Shown: piece by piece, positions 1 to 10,119 of the stretch
Layout: every line of letters starts with the position of its first letter
Position numbering within the stretch: the stretch's first letter is position 1
NCBI RefSeq assembly: GCF_054482525.1
Contig: NZ_CM137006.1
Strand: one strand, 5' to 3'
DNA: 64,000 nucleotides
Notes under the pieces: generated by a model
The model's input: only the letters and a program-made list of their open reading frames with translations
Databases searched by the model: none
What the model was told of the DNA's origin: nothing
Translations under genes and position numbers: made by a program

Positions 1-2427
1 AATCCGCATTTTCGTAGCGTAAAACATGATCCTGTCTTGGTGCGTCAATTACCCGTTAAAAACCTGACATTAGCCGATGGCAGCACCTGTCCGGTGGTTA
101 GCGTTTATGATTTGGTACTGGCGAATTACGGCCTCGATCGCGGGCTGGAAGATGAAAACAGCGCGAAAGATTACGCTGAAATCAAACCGTACACCCCAGC
201 CTGGGGTGAGCAAATTACCGGTGTGCCGCGCCAGTATATTGAAACCATCGCTCGTGAATTTGCCGATACTGCCCATAAAACGCATGGGCGCTCGATGATT
301 ATCCTCGGCGCAGGTGTTAACCACTGGTACCACATGGACATGAACTACCGGGGAATGATCAATATGCTGATCTTCTGCGGTTGTGTCGGGCAAAGCGGTG
401 GCGGATGGGCACACTATGTCGGTCAGGAAAAACTGCGCCCGCAAACTGGCTGGTTGCCGCTGGCCTTTGCGCTCGATTGGAACCGACCACCGCGCCAGAT
501 GAACAGCACCTCGTTTTTCTACAATCATTCCAGCCAATGGCGCTATGAAAAAGTCTCTGCTCAGGAGTTACTTTCACCGCTCGCCGATGCCAGTAAGTAC
601 AGCGGTCATCTGATTGATTTCAACGTTCGTGCCGAACGTATGGGCTGGCTACCTTCTGCGCCGCAGCTGGGGCGTAACCCGCTCGGGATTAAAGCTGAAG
701 CCGACAAGGCCGGATTATCCCCCACAGAATTTACCGCCCAGGCGCTGAAATCGGGCGATTTACGCATGGCCTGCGAACAACCAGATAGCGGCAGCAATCA
801 TCCGCGTAATTTGTTTGTCTGGCGTTCTAACCTGCTTGGCTCCTCCGGCAAAGGCCACGAGTATATGCAGAAGTATCTGCTGGGAACCGAAAGTGGGATT
901 CAGGGTCAGGAACTCGGTGCCAGCGACGGGATCAAACCAGAAGAAGTCGAGTGGCAAACTGCGGCGATTGAAGGCAAGCTCGACCTGCTGGTGACGCTCG
1001 ACTTCCGTATGTCCAGTACCTGCCTGTTCTCCGATATCGTTCTGCCCACCGCCACCTGGTACGAAAAAGACGATATGAACACCTCGGATATGCATCCGTT
1101 TATTCATCCGCTTTCTGCGGCGGTCGATCCGGCGTGGGAATCACGCAGCGACTGGGAAATCTACAAAGGTATTGCCAAAGCCTTTTCGCAAGTGTGCGTG
1201 GGCCATCTTGGCAAAGAAACCGACGTGGTATTACAACCACTGCTGCATGACTCTCCGGCAGAACTCTCACAGCCGTGTGAAGTGCTCGACTGGCGCAAAG
1301 GCGAATGCGATCTGATTCCAGGTAAAACTGCGCCCAATATTGTGGCGGTGGAACGCGACTACCCTGCTACCTATGAACGCTTTACCTCGCTCGGGCCATT
1401 GATGGACAAACTTGGCAACGGCGGTAAAGGGATTTCGTGGAATACCCAGGATGAAATCGATTTCCTCGGCAAACTCAACTACACCAAGCGTGAAGGCCCG
1501 GCACAGGGGCGTCCGCTGATTGACACCGCCATTGACGCATCAGAAGTGATTCTGGCGCTGGCACCGGAAACCAACGGTCATGTTGCAGTCAAAGCGTGGC
1601 AGGCACTGGGCGAGATCACCGGACGCGAACATACCCATCTGGCGCTGCACAAAGAGGACGAGAAGATTCGCTTTCGCGATATTCAGGCGCAGCCACGTAA
1701 AATTATCTCCAGCCCCACATGGTCCGGTCTGGAAAGCGATCACGTTTCCTATAACGCGGGATACACCAACGTTCATGAGTTAATTCCGTGGCGCACGCTG
1801 TCGGGACGCCAGCAGCTTTATCAGGATCATCCGTGGATGCGTGCTTTTGGTGAAAGCCTGGTGGCTTATCGCCCGCCTATCGACACCCGTAGCGTCAGTG
1901 AAATGCGCCAGATACCGCCAAACGGCTTCCCGGAAAAAGCACTTAACTTCCTGACGCCGCACCAGAAATGGGGCATTCACTCAACCTACAGTGAAAACCT
2001 GCTAATGCTGACGCTCTCTCGCGGTGGACCGATTGTCTGGATTAGCGAAACCGATGCCCGTGAACTGACCATTGTCGATAACGACTGGGTGGAAGTGTTT
2101 AACGCCAACGGCGCGCTGACTGCCCGCGCGGTGGTCAGCCAACGTGTACCGCCGGGTATGACCATGATGTATCACGCTCAGGAACGCATTATGAATATTC
2201 CTGGTTCGGAAGTAACTGGCATGCGCGGCGGCATTCATAACTCGGTCACCCGCGTTTGTCCGAAACCAACGCATATGATTGGCGGTTACGCGCAGCTGGC
2301 CTGGGGCTTTAACTACTACGGCACCGTCGGCTCGAACCGCGATGAATTCATCATGATCCGCAAGATGAAGAACGTTAACTGGCTGGATGATGAAGGTCGC
2401 GATCAGGTACAGGAGGCGAAAAAATGA
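1..2427 (+). CDS. narZ: Respiratory nitrate reductase 2 alpha subunit, C-terminal part (5' end outside window)
   Basis: Frame is open from base 1 to the TGA at 2425-2427; the track start at 37 is an artefactual TTG. Molybdopterin-oxidoreductase-like sequence followed by narY, narW, narV in operon order. Confidence 0.9.
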   Translation, partial: NPHFRSVKHDPVLVRQLPVKNLTLADGSTCPVVSVYDLVLANYGLDRGLEDENSAKDYAEIKPYTPAWGEQITGVPRQYIETIAREFADTAHKTHGRSMIILGAGVNHWYHMDMNYRGMINMLIFCGCVGQSGGGWAHYVGQEKLRPQTGWLPLAFALDWNRPPRQMNSTSFFYNHSSQWRYEKVSAQELLSPLADASKYSGHLIDFNVRAERMGWLPSAPQLGRNPLGIKAEADKAGLSPTEFTAQALKSGDLRMACEQPDSGSNHPRNLFVWRSNLLGSSGKGHEYMQKYLLGTESGIQGQELGASDGIKPEEVEWQTAAIEGKLDLLVTLDFRMSSTCLFSDIVLPTATWYEKDDMNTSDMHPFIHPLSAAVDPAWESRSDWEIYKGIAKAFSQVCVGHLGKETDVVLQPLLHDSPAELSQPCEVLDWRKGECDLIPGKTAPNIVAVERDYPATYERFTSLGPLMDKLGNGGKGISWNTQDEIDFLGKLNYTKREGPAQGRPLIDTAIDASEVILALAPETNGHVAVKAWQALGEITGREHTHLALHKEDEKIRFRDIQAQPRKIISSPTWSGLESDHVSYNAGYTNVHELIPWRTLSGRQQLYQDHPWMRAFGESLVAYRPPIDTRSVSEMRQIPPNGFPEKALNFLTPHQKWGIHSTYSENLLMLTLSRGGPIVWISETDARELTIVDNDWVEVFNANGALTARAVVSQRVPPGMTMMYHAQERIMNIPGSEVTGMRGGIHNSVTRVCPKPTHMIGGYAQLAWGFNYYGTVGSNRDEFIMIRKMKNVNWLDDEGRDQVQEAKK

Positions 2428-3968
2428 AAATACGTTCGCAAGTCGGCATGGTGCTTAACCTCGATAAATGTATCGGCTGCCATACCTGTTCGGTGACCTG
2501 TAAAAACGTCTGGACCGGACGCGAAGGCATGGAGTACGCATGGTTTAACAACGTCGAAACCAAACCGGGCATTGGTTATCCGAAAAACTGGGAAGATCAG
2601 GAAGAGTGGCAAGGCGGCTGGGTGCGTGATGTGAATGGCAAGATCCGCCCGCGTCTGGGCAGCAAGATGGGCGTAATAACCAAAATCTTCGCCAACCCGG
2701 TGGTGCCGCAGATTGATGATTACTACGAACCTTTCACCTTCGACTACGAACATTTGCATAGCGCACCGGAAGGCAAACATATCCCTACTGCTCGCCCGCG
2801 TTCACTGATTGACGGCAAACGGATGGACAAAGTGATCTGGGGGCCAAACTGGGAAGAATTGTTGGGCGGCGAATTCGAAAAACGCGCCCGTGACCGCAAC
2901 TTCGAGGCCATGCAAAAGGAGATGTACGGGCAGTTTGAAAACACCTTCATGATGTACCTGCCGCGCCTGTGCGAACACTGCCTCAATCCCAGTTGCGTGG
3001 CAACCTGCCCAAGCGGCGCTATCTACAAACGCGAAGAAGACGGCATTGTGCTGATCGATCAGGATAAATGCCGTGGCTGGCGTTTGTGCATTAGCGGTTG
3101 TCCGTACAAAAAAATCTACTTCAACTGGAAAAGCGGCAAGTCAGAAAAATGTATCTTCTGTTACCCACGAATTGAGTCAGGCCAACCCACCGTGTGCTCA
3201 GAAACCTGCGTGGGTCGCATCCGGTATCTGGGCGTGCTGCTTTACGACGCCGACCGCATCGAGGAAGCGGCGAGCACCGAGCGCGAAGTTGACCTCTATG
3301 AACGCCAGTGCGAAGTGTTCCTCGATCCGCTCGATCCCTCAGTGATCGAAGAAGCCCTGAAACAAGGTATTCCACAAAACGTGATTGAAGCTGCTCAGCG
3401 TTCGCCAGTCTACAAAATGGCGATGGACTGGAAACTGGCGTTACCGCTGCACCCTGAATACCGCACCCTGCCGATGGTCTGGTACGTTCCTCCGCTGTCA
3501 CCGATTCAGTCTTACGCTGATGCGGGCGGCTTGCCGAAAAGCGAAGGCGTGCTGCCCGCCATCGAAAGCCTGCGTATTCCGGTGCAATATCTCGCCAATA
3601 TGTTGAGTGCCGGCGATACCGGTCCGGTACTGCGGGCGCTGAAACGGATGATGGCGATGCGCCACTATATGCGTTCACAAACCGTGGAAGGCGTTACCGA
3701 TACCCGCGCCATTGACGAAGTAGGCCTGAGCGTCGCCCAGGTCGAAGAGATGTATCGCTACTTCGCCATTGCCAACTATGAAGACCGTTTTGTCATTCCA
3801 ACCAGTCATCGGGAAATGGCGGGCGATGCCTTCGCAGAACGCAATGGCTGCGGTTTTACCTTTGGCGACGGTTGCCACGGCTCGGACAGCAAATTCAACC
3901 TGTTCAACAGTAGCCGTATCGATGCCATCAACATCACCGAAGTGCGCGACAAAGCGGAGGGCGAATAA
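2424..3968 (+). CDS. narY: Respiratory nitrate reductase 2 beta subunit (iron-sulfur)
   Basis: 514 aa; ATG overlaps the narZ stop (ATGA). Cys clusters typical of NarH-type Fe-S subunits are visible (CIGCHTCSVTC, CEHCLNPSCVATCP, CRGWRLCISGCP, CIFCYPR). Confidence 0.9.
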   Translation: MKIRSQVGMVLNLDKCIGCHTCSVTCKNVWTGREGMEYAWFNNVETKPGIGYPKNWEDQEEWQGGWVRDVNGKIRPRLGSKMGVITKIFANPVVPQIDDYYEPFTFDYEHLHSAPEGKHIPTARPRSLIDGKRMDKVIWGPNWEELLGGEFEKRARDRNFEAMQKEMYGQFENTFMMYLPRLCEHCLNPSCVATCPSGAIYKREEDGIVLIDQDKCRGWRLCISGCPYKKIYFNWKSGKSEKCIFCYPRIESGQPTVCSETCVGRIRYLGVLLYDADRIEEAASTEREVDLYERQCEVFLDPLDPSVIEEALKQGIPQNVIEAAQRSPVYKMAMDWKLALPLHPEYRTLPMVWYVPPLSPIQSYADAGGLPKSEGVLPAIESLRIPVQYLANMLSAGDTGPVLRALKRMMAMRHYMRSQTVEGVTDTRAIDEVGLSVAQVEEMYRYFAIANYEDRFVIPTSHREMAGDAFAERNGCGFTFGDGCHGSDSKFNLFNSSRIDAINITEVRDKAEGE

Positions 3969-4663
3969 TGCAGATCCTCAAAGTGATCGGCCTGTTGATG
4001 GAGTATCCGGACGAGCTGTTATGGGAATGTAAGGAGGATGCGCTGGCGTTGATCCGCCGCGACGCACCGATGCTTACGGATTTTACCCGCAACCTGCTTA
4101 ACGCGCCGCTGCTGGATAAACAGGCCGAATGGTGCGAAGTGTTTGACCGTGGACGTACCACATCGCTGCTGCTGTTCGAACATGTTCATGCCGAGTCCCG
4201 TGATCGCGGCCAGGCAATGGTGGACCTGCTGGCGGAGTATGAAAAGGTCGGCCTGCAGTTGGATTGTCGAGAACTGCCCGATTATCTACCGCTGTATCTG
4301 GAGTACTTAAGCGTACTGCCGGACGATCAGGCGAAAGAAGGCTTGCTCAACGTTGCGCCGATCCTCGCCCTGCTTGGCGGACGCTTAAAACAACGCGAGG
4401 CATCGTGGTACGCGTTATTTGACACCCTGTTGCAACTGGCAGGAAGTACACTTTCAAGTGACAGTGTCACAAAACAGGTGAACAGTGAGGAGCGCGATGA
4501 CACCCGCCAGGCACTGGATGCGGTGTGGGAAGAGGAACAGGTGAAGTTTATTGAAGATAACGCCACGGCGTGTGACAGCTCGCCGCTTAATCAATATCAG
4601 CGACGCTTTAGCCAGGATGTCGCGCCGCAGTATGTCGACATCAGTGCGGGAGGTGGGAAATGA
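3968..4663 (+). CDS. narW: Nitrate reductase 2 assembly chaperone (delta subunit)
   Basis: 231 aa; start overlaps narY stop; position and size match NarJ/NarW. Confidence 0.85.
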   Translation: MQILKVIGLLMEYPDELLWECKEDALALIRRDAPMLTDFTRNLLNAPLLDKQAEWCEVFDRGRTTSLLLFEHVHAESRDRGQAMVDLLAEYEKVGLQLDCRELPDYLPLYLEYLSVLPDDQAKEGLLNVAPILALLGGRLKQREASWYALFDTLLQLAGSTLSSDSVTKQVNSEERDDTRQALDAVWEEEQVKFIEDNATACDSSPLNQYQRRFSQDVAPQYVDISAGGGK

Positions 4664-5340
4664 TTCAGTATCTGAACGTCTTTTTTTATGATATCTACCC
4701 GTACATTTGTGCGACAGTGTTTTTCCTCGGCAGCTGGCTGCGCTACGACTACGGGCAGTATACCTGGCGCGCCTCCTCGAGTCAGATGCTCGATAAACGC
4801 GGGATGGTGATATGGTCGAATCTGTTCCATATCGGCATTTTGGGGATTTTCTTCGGGCACCTGTTCGGCATGTTAACGCCGCACTGGATGTACGCGTGGT
4901 TTCTGCCGGTGGCGGTAAAACAGCAGATGGCGATGGTGCTCGGTGGTATTTGCGGTGTATTGACGTTGATTGGCGGCGCAGGACTGCTGTGGCGCAGGCT
5001 GACTAATCAGCGTGTGCGTGCAACTTCCACTACGCCGGATATTATCATCATGAGCATTTTGCTGATCCAGTGTCTGCTGGGGCTAAGTACCATACCGTTT
5101 TCAGCACAGTATCCTGATGGTAGCGAAATGATGAAGCTGGTGGGTTGGGCGCAAAGCATTGTCACTTTCCGTGGTGGATCGTCAGAAATGCTTAACGGCG
5201 TAGCGTTCGTTTTCCGCCTGCATCTGGTATTGGGAATGACCATCTTCCTGCTCTTCCCGTTCACCCGACTGGTGCATGTGTGGAGCGCGCCGTTTGAGTA
5301 CTTTACTCGTCGGTATCAGATTGTGCGTTCGCGGCGATAA
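4660..5340 (+). CDS. narV: Respiratory nitrate reductase 2 gamma subunit (membrane cytochrome b)
   Basis: 226 aa, strongly hydrophobic with conserved His; ATGA overlap with narW; last gene of the operon. Confidence 0.85.
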   Translation: MIQYLNVFFYDIYPYICATVFFLGSWLRYDYGQYTWRASSSQMLDKRGMVIWSNLFHIGILGIFFGHLFGMLTPHWMYAWFLPVAVKQQMAMVLGGICGVLTLIGGAGLLWRRLTNQRVRATSTTPDIIIMSILLIQCLLGLSTIPFSAQYPDGSEMMKLVGWAQSIVTFRGGSSEMLNGVAFVFRLHLVLGMTIFLLFPFTRLVHVWSAPFEYFTRRYQIVRSRR

Positions 5341-5419
5341 TTTTCACCCTGGCCGGATAGCCCTTCGCTCTCCGGCCACTTGCAGGCTATGATAGTTCTC
5401 CAGCCACAGGAGAACGTTA

Positions 5420-6313
5420 ATGAAACCGCAGGTGTACCACGTCGATGCTTTTACCTCACAACCGTTTCGCGGCAATTCTGCCGGTGTTGTTTTCCCCGCC
5501 GATAATCTCAGTGAAGCGCAAATGCAGCTTATCGCCCGCGAATTAGGTCATTCCGAAACTGCTTTTCTGCTGCACAGCGACGACAGCGATGTACGCATCC
5601 GCTACTTTACGCCAACGGTTGAAGTGCCGATTTGCGGTCACGCGACAGTAGCTGCGCACTATGTCCGTGCGAAGGTGCTAGGTTTAGGAAATTGCACGAT
5701 CTGGCAAACGTCACTGGCAGGAAAACATCGCGTGACTATCGAAAATCACAATGATGATTATCGTATTTCACTGGAACAAGGTCCGCCGGGCTTTGAGCCA
5801 CCGCTGGAAGGTGAAGCTCGCACGGCAATTATCAACGCGCTTCATCTCACTGAAGACGATATTCTGCCAGGCTTGCCAATTCAGGTGGCAACCACAGGAC
5901 ACTCAAAAGTGATGATCCCACTGAAACCAGAAGTGGATATCGACGCCCTTTCGCCTGATCTTGCTGCGCTGACCGCTATCAGCAAACAGATTGGCTGCAA
6001 TGGTTTCTTCCCGTTCCAGATCCGCCCAGGCAAAAACGAAACCGATGGTCGTATGTTCTCGCCTGCCATTGGTATTGTGGAAGATCCGGTGACTGGCAAT
6101 GCCAATGGCCCGATGGGTGCATGGTTGGTACATCACAACGTATTGCCCCACGATGGCAACGTGTTGCGTGTTAAAGGCCATCAGGGGCGCGCATTGGGGC
6201 GTGACGGCGTGATTGAAGTGACGGTGATAATTCGCAATAACCAACCGGAGAAAGTCACCATTTCTGGCACAGCGGTGATTTTGTTTCATGCCGAATGGGC
6301 AATTGAATTCTGA
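5420..6313 (+). CDS. yddE: PhzF-family isomerase-like protein
   Basis: 297 aa; sequence and position (between narV and nhoA) match YddE. Confidence 0.8.
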   Translation: MKPQVYHVDAFTSQPFRGNSAGVVFPADNLSEAQMQLIARELGHSETAFLLHSDDSDVRIRYFTPTVEVPICGHATVAAHYVRAKVLGLGNCTIWQTSLAGKHRVTIENHNDDYRISLEQGPPGFEPPLEGEARTAIINALHLTEDDILPGLPIQVATTGHSKVMIPLKPEVDIDALSPDLAALTAISKQIGCNGFFPFQIRPGKNETDGRMFSPAIGIVEDPVTGNANGPMGAWLVHHNVLPHDGNVLRVKGHQGRALGRDGVIEVTVIIRNNQPEKVTISGTAVILFHAEWAIEF

Positions 6314-6320
6314 AACCGTT

Positions 6321-6384
6321 GCCTGATGCGCTTCGCTTATCAGGTCTATGTATGCCGGATAAGGCGTTTACGCCGCATCCGGCA
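6321..6384. repeat. REP (repetitive extragenic palindromic) element between convergent yddE and nhoA
   Basis: gcctgatgcgcttcgcttatcaggtctat followed by tgccggataaggcgtttacgccgcatccggca: canonical REP consensus in two palindromic units. Confidence 0.55.
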
Positions 6385-6396
6385 ACCTGACATAAA

Positions 6397-7242
6397 TTAT
6401 TTTCCCGCCTCCGGGTGCGTATCAAACGCCGCCATCACCATCGCTAACTCATCCACAGTAAAGCCATGTTTCGCATCATCTACGCCCAGACCAAACTGTT
6501 CCTGCATCACGGTATATAACGACGCCACATCTGGTAGATTTCGCTGCTCCACCGCGTGCCCATTTTCATAATGGGTAAAATGAAAATTGGTCAGCGTTAG
6601 CTTGCCACCGTCCGGCAAATGGCGGTACATCAGCAAATGATGGCGAAAATGCGACTGCGGCCAGTGCGCAGACCAGAAATTGCCCATTACATAATCGCTT
6701 TGTTGCTGCTCGCAGAGATCAAAACGGTACATCGACTGCCAGTGCTGATGATGATTAAACTGCAACACCCAATCATCACCCTCCTGTAACAACCGATACT
6801 CTCCGTGTGGCGTGATCTGCACGAGATCGGGAACTAAACGAATCGGCGCGGTTAGCGTCTGTCCACCGAAACCGACATCAGCAATCCATTTTTCCCCTTC
6901 CAGTTCCACCAACAACAAACGATGGGTGCGCGGCGGTAATGCTGGCGGATTTGATAACACTACGCGCCCTAACAAGCTGCGAACGTTAAACCCCAGCTCG
7001 CGTAACACCCGCTCAAACACGCCATTCTGCTCAAAACAGTAACCGCCACGACGGGCTGTCACCAGTTTCTCTTCCAGCGATTGATCATCAAGCTGTATTT
7101 CCCTTGGCAGCAAAACGTCGAGGTTTTCAAATGGAATGGTGCAATTGTGTTTCAGGTGCAATGCACGCAGCGTATCAACATTGACCGCAGCAGCTCCCGA
7201 CCAGTTAATACGGGCAAAATAATGATTCAGAATGGGCGTCAT
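6397..7242 (-). CDS. nhoA: Arylamine N-acetyltransferase (N-hydroxyarylamine O-acetyltransferase)
   Basis: 281 aa; NAT-family sequence at the expected position. Confidence 0.85.
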   Translation of the reverse strand: MTPILNHYFARINWSGAAAVNVDTLRALHLKHNCTIPFENLDVLLPREIQLDDQSLEEKLVTARRGGYCFEQNGVFERVLRELGFNVRSLLGRVVLSNPPALPPRTHRLLLVELEGEKWIADVGFGGQTLTAPIRLVPDLVQITPHGEYRLLQEGDDWVLQFNHHQHWQSMYRFDLCEQQQSDYVMGNFWSAHWPQSHFRHHLLMYRHLPDGGKLTLTNFHFTHYENGHAVEQRNLPDVASLYTVMQEQFGLGVDDAKHGFTVDELAMVMAAFDTHPEAGK

Positions 7243-7416
7243 CAGGCGTTTCCCTTAGTGGTTTTCTCAACTTATAACCTGGAATAGACGCCGCACCGGC
7301 TATTTTGTGCGATCGCGGACATGCATCACGTTCGCAAATCGCCAATCCCGTTAATTTCGTTACTTATAGCGTTACGAGCTACGCTTTTAAAACACCCTTC
7401 TTAGCGAGGCGATACC

Positions 7417-7986
7417 GTGAGCCGATTTATCCCCGTCGAATTACACCATGCCAGCCGTCTGTTAAATCATGGCCCAACTGTCTTGATCACCAGTTTCGAT
7501 GAGCAATCCCAGCGGCGTAACATTATGGCAGCAGCCTGGTCAATGCCGGTGGAGTTTGAACCGCCACGCGTGGCGATTGTGGTAGATAAATCGACATGGA
7601 CCAGGGGGTTGATTGAACGTAATGGTAAGTTTGGCATCGTTATCCCGGGTGTTGCAGCAACTAACTGGACGTGGGCGGTGGGAAGTGTGTCGGGGCGTGA
7701 TGAAGATAAGTTTAATTGCTATGGTATTCCGGTTGTGAAAGGTCCGGTACTTGGTTTGCCTCTGGTCGAGGAAAAATGTCTGGCGTGGATGGAGTGCCGC
7801 TTGCTACCTGCGACTTCCGCGCAAGAAAAATACGACACGCTGTTTGGCGAGGTGGTATCAGCAGCGGCAGACGCACGGGTATTTGTCGAAGGCCGCTGGC
7901 AGTTTGATGATGATAAACTCAATACACTACATCACTTAGGTGCTGGCACGTTTGTTACCAGCGGCAAGCGAGTCACCGCGGGCTAA
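7417..7986 (+). CDS. yddH: Flavin reductase-like domain protein
   Basis: 189 aa, GTG start; matches YddH size and context. Confidence 0.75.
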   Translation: MSRFIPVELHHASRLLNHGPTVLITSFDEQSQRRNIMAAAWSMPVEFEPPRVAIVVDKSTWTRGLIERNGKFGIVIPGVAATNWTWAVGSVSGRDEDKFNCYGIPVVKGPVLGLPLVEEKCLAWMECRLLPATSAQEKYDTLFGEVVSAAADARVFVEGRWQFDDDKLNTLHHLGAGTFVTSGKRVTAG

Positions 7987-8051
7987 AGAATCATATGCAG
8001 CAACCAAGTTGCTTAAGCAATGTTTCAATATGAGTTAAAAGCATACTTTAT

Positions 8052-8249
8052 TTACGATTGTATATTTTTAGTGAAGATTAATTTATCCTCACCAATATCA
8101 TAGTAATTGCGTATTATAGCTTCATTGATAAAGCCCTGTTTTGTATAAAATGCGCGGGTGGCACTAAAATCGACATAGCTGGAGGTCTCTACTAAAAGTA
8201 GTCTTGCGTGATTGGGACAGGTCAAGAAAAAGCAGTTTTGCAGTTTTTT
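8052..8249 (-). pseudogene. Remnant of a GNAT-family N-acetyltransferase (C-terminal about 65 codons, no start codon)
   Basis: Minus-strand frame translates to ...LLLVETSSYVDFSATRAFYTKQGFINEAIIRNYYDIGEDKLIFTKNIQS*, resembling the C-terminal motif of GNAT acetyltransferases such as RimI; frame is closed by TGA just upstream and has no Met. Confidence 0.3.
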
Positions 8250-8377
8250 ATTTCAGGGCACAGTTGCGAAAATTGAATACCGTATGGACTAATGTGAGAA
8301 AATTCCGAGGTATGACTGTTTTGATATAGTGGACAATCAAGCGTCTCGAATTAACAATGAATTTCAGGTGCCAAGCC

Positions 8378-8623
8378 TTACAATTTGTAGCATGACGGAT
8401 ATAGGACAACATTAGGAAATCGGACAGAAAATTCATTATAATAAAATGACAACTTATCTCTTTCTCTCACGTTCTGTGAAATTTCACAAAAGTATAAACT
8501 GAGCCAATATGCCTTTATATATAAAAAATACTCATGTTTATTATTATCGGAAAAAGCCAAGATTTTGTCAAGGCCATCAAAAATATCTTTATCATGATCT
8601 ATATGTACTCTTGATGATTTCAC
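8378..8623 (-). CDS. Hypothetical 81-aa protein, unsupported ORF in AT-rich DNA
   Basis: Track ORF with GTG start immediately 3' of the H-repeat transposase; no recognizable family and no good ribosome-binding site. Confidence 0.15.
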   Translation of the reverse strand: MKSSRVHIDHDKDIFDGLDKILAFSDNNKHEYFLYIKAYWLSLYFCEISQNVRERDKLSFYYNEFSVRFPNVVLYPSCYKL

Positions 8624-9800
8624 AATACAGGGAAAGATTACGAAAGCCCGCTCCCCGCAAGGACTGACGCGAGATAGTTTCTGTCCATGGCTGCTTTTCG
8701 CATCTTACGTCTTAACCCTGCCTTGAATACCTTATCATTCGTCAAAATATTAATAGCGATGTGCCGTATCCCTGAAAATAATTCTGCGGCGTTTCCTCTT
8801 CTTATTTTGCAGTCGTCTTCATTCATTACCACGTCCAGACGCCAGTGCAGCTTATTCTCTACGTGCCAGTGATTTCGGATCGCTGTGGCGAACTTTTCTG
8901 CGGTTAAATCAGCAGAACTGATATAATATCTGACCGTCATTTCTGGCTCTTTCTTTTGTTCTGCTATTATTGACCGAAAAGAGACTGCCACGCATAATTT
9001 CTTCAGTCCTTTCCATTCAAACGTGAAATCAATAAGTTCATCAGGGACATCGCAAACAATATGAAGACGGATTTCTTCTCTGCCGTGACTCTTTTCACTT
9101 ATTTCGTAACTGTCATGCTCTGGATTATTTAATTCTTTCAGCGGAAATTTTCCCTCAAAGGCTTTATTTAGTCGTCCCTGATTTCCTTTTACAGCGAATA
9201 AATAATCACCGCCCTGTTTTTGTATCTTCTCTGCAATATCTTTCTGGCAACCCATCGCATCAGTTGTGATGATTTTTCCTTTAATATCCAGCATCTTAAG
9301 AAGTTCAGGGATAGCTGTAATTTCATTGGATTTCTCATCCGTCCTGATCTGTCCGATGACCAGACTGTGCATTGTTGAGAACGCACTAATGACATGAATC
9401 GCTCCCTTGCGGCGACTCTTGTCATAAGAGTGCCGGAGTGTTTTTCCATCAATTGAGATGACGTCTTTATCATCTGAAGAATGACAATCACGCATCCAGT
9501 TAATAAAGCACTCGTGAAATTTTGCAGGACTGATACAGGATACAACTCTGGCGATGGTATCGTGAACAGGAATACCATTTTCAAAATCACCATATTGTTT
9601 TAAAAAATCGAGATGTGTTTCCCCAAAATCCTCTATACCTTCCCAACCTTCTGCACCCGAAATAACGGCACAAATAGTCAACAGTAGAATATCCGATAAT
9701 TTATGTTCCACTTTCCAGGCTTGTCTGTAATCGGGGATAATAGAAATATGTTCCATCATTTTTTTAAGTTCCATTTTGTTCTCCTTAATTATGTAAGGAG
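8600..9800 (-). mobile_element. H-repeat (ISAs1-like) insertion element, approximate extent
   Basis: Transposase ORF plus short flanks; terminal inverted repeats were not identified, so the boundaries are approximate. Confidence 0.5.
8638..9774 (-). CDS. H-repeat-associated protein (ISAs1-family DDE transposase), apparently intact
   Basis: 378 aa with [18 protein letters not shown]... N-terminus typical of E. coli H-rpt proteins; ATG preceded by an aggag ribosome-binding site; Rhs-locus context. Confidence 0.85.
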   Translation of the reverse strand: MELKKMMEHISIIPDYRQAWKVEHKLSDILLLTICAVISGAEGWEGIEDFGETHLDFLKQYGDFENGIPVHDTIARVVSCISPAKFHECFINWMRDCHSSDDKDVISIDGKTLRHSYDKSRRKGAIHVISAFSTMHSLVIGQIRTDEKSNEITAIPELLKMLDIKGKIITTDAMGCQKDIAEKIQKQGGDYLFAVKGNQGRLNKAFEGKFPLKELNNPEHDSYEISEKSHGREEIRLHIVCDVPDELIDFTFEWKGLKKLCVAVSFRSIIAEQKKEPEMTVRYYISSADLTAEKFATAIRNHWHVENKLHWRLDVVMNEDDCKIRRGNAAELFSGIRHIAINILTNDKVFKAGLRRKMRKAAMDRNYLASVLAGSGLS

Positions 9801-10052
9801 TATTTGATCATGTATAAGCAATAAAAACAGCTTTAGGTAATGAGGAATATCTCAATTTTTAAACATAAAATGCGAATTATTTAGTACAGAAAGTGAACTT
9901 CTGATGATCTTTCCCTGCCCATTGGGTTCATTAAGATCAAGAATAATGGGAATATGCTCAAGAAGACTTTGAATGTTCACCAGACGTCCTTTTCTAATAT
10001 ATTTAATTATTTGGCGATTGAATTTTAATCAAATCAACAAGGTAAAACCAAG

Positions 10053-10084
10053 ATTAAAGTTGTGATGATAATCACAACTTTAAT
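10053..10084. repeat. Perfect 14-bp inverted repeat with 4-nt loop
   Basis: attaaagttgtgat gata atcacaactttaat, 36 to 67 nt 3' of the putative immunity gene; AT-rich stem, so not a typical intrinsic terminator. Confidence 0.5.
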
Positions 10085-10119
10085 GATCTTCCCCTGATTC
10101 CTCCAGTCCTTTTATTTGG

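Noticed and set aside
8510-8668. Plus-strand 52-aa ORF starting MPLYIKNTH, considered as a possible tautomerase homolog
   Set aside because: Sequence does not resemble the tautomerase family beyond the first two residues; it overlaps the H-repeat transposase 3' end and is probably spurious.
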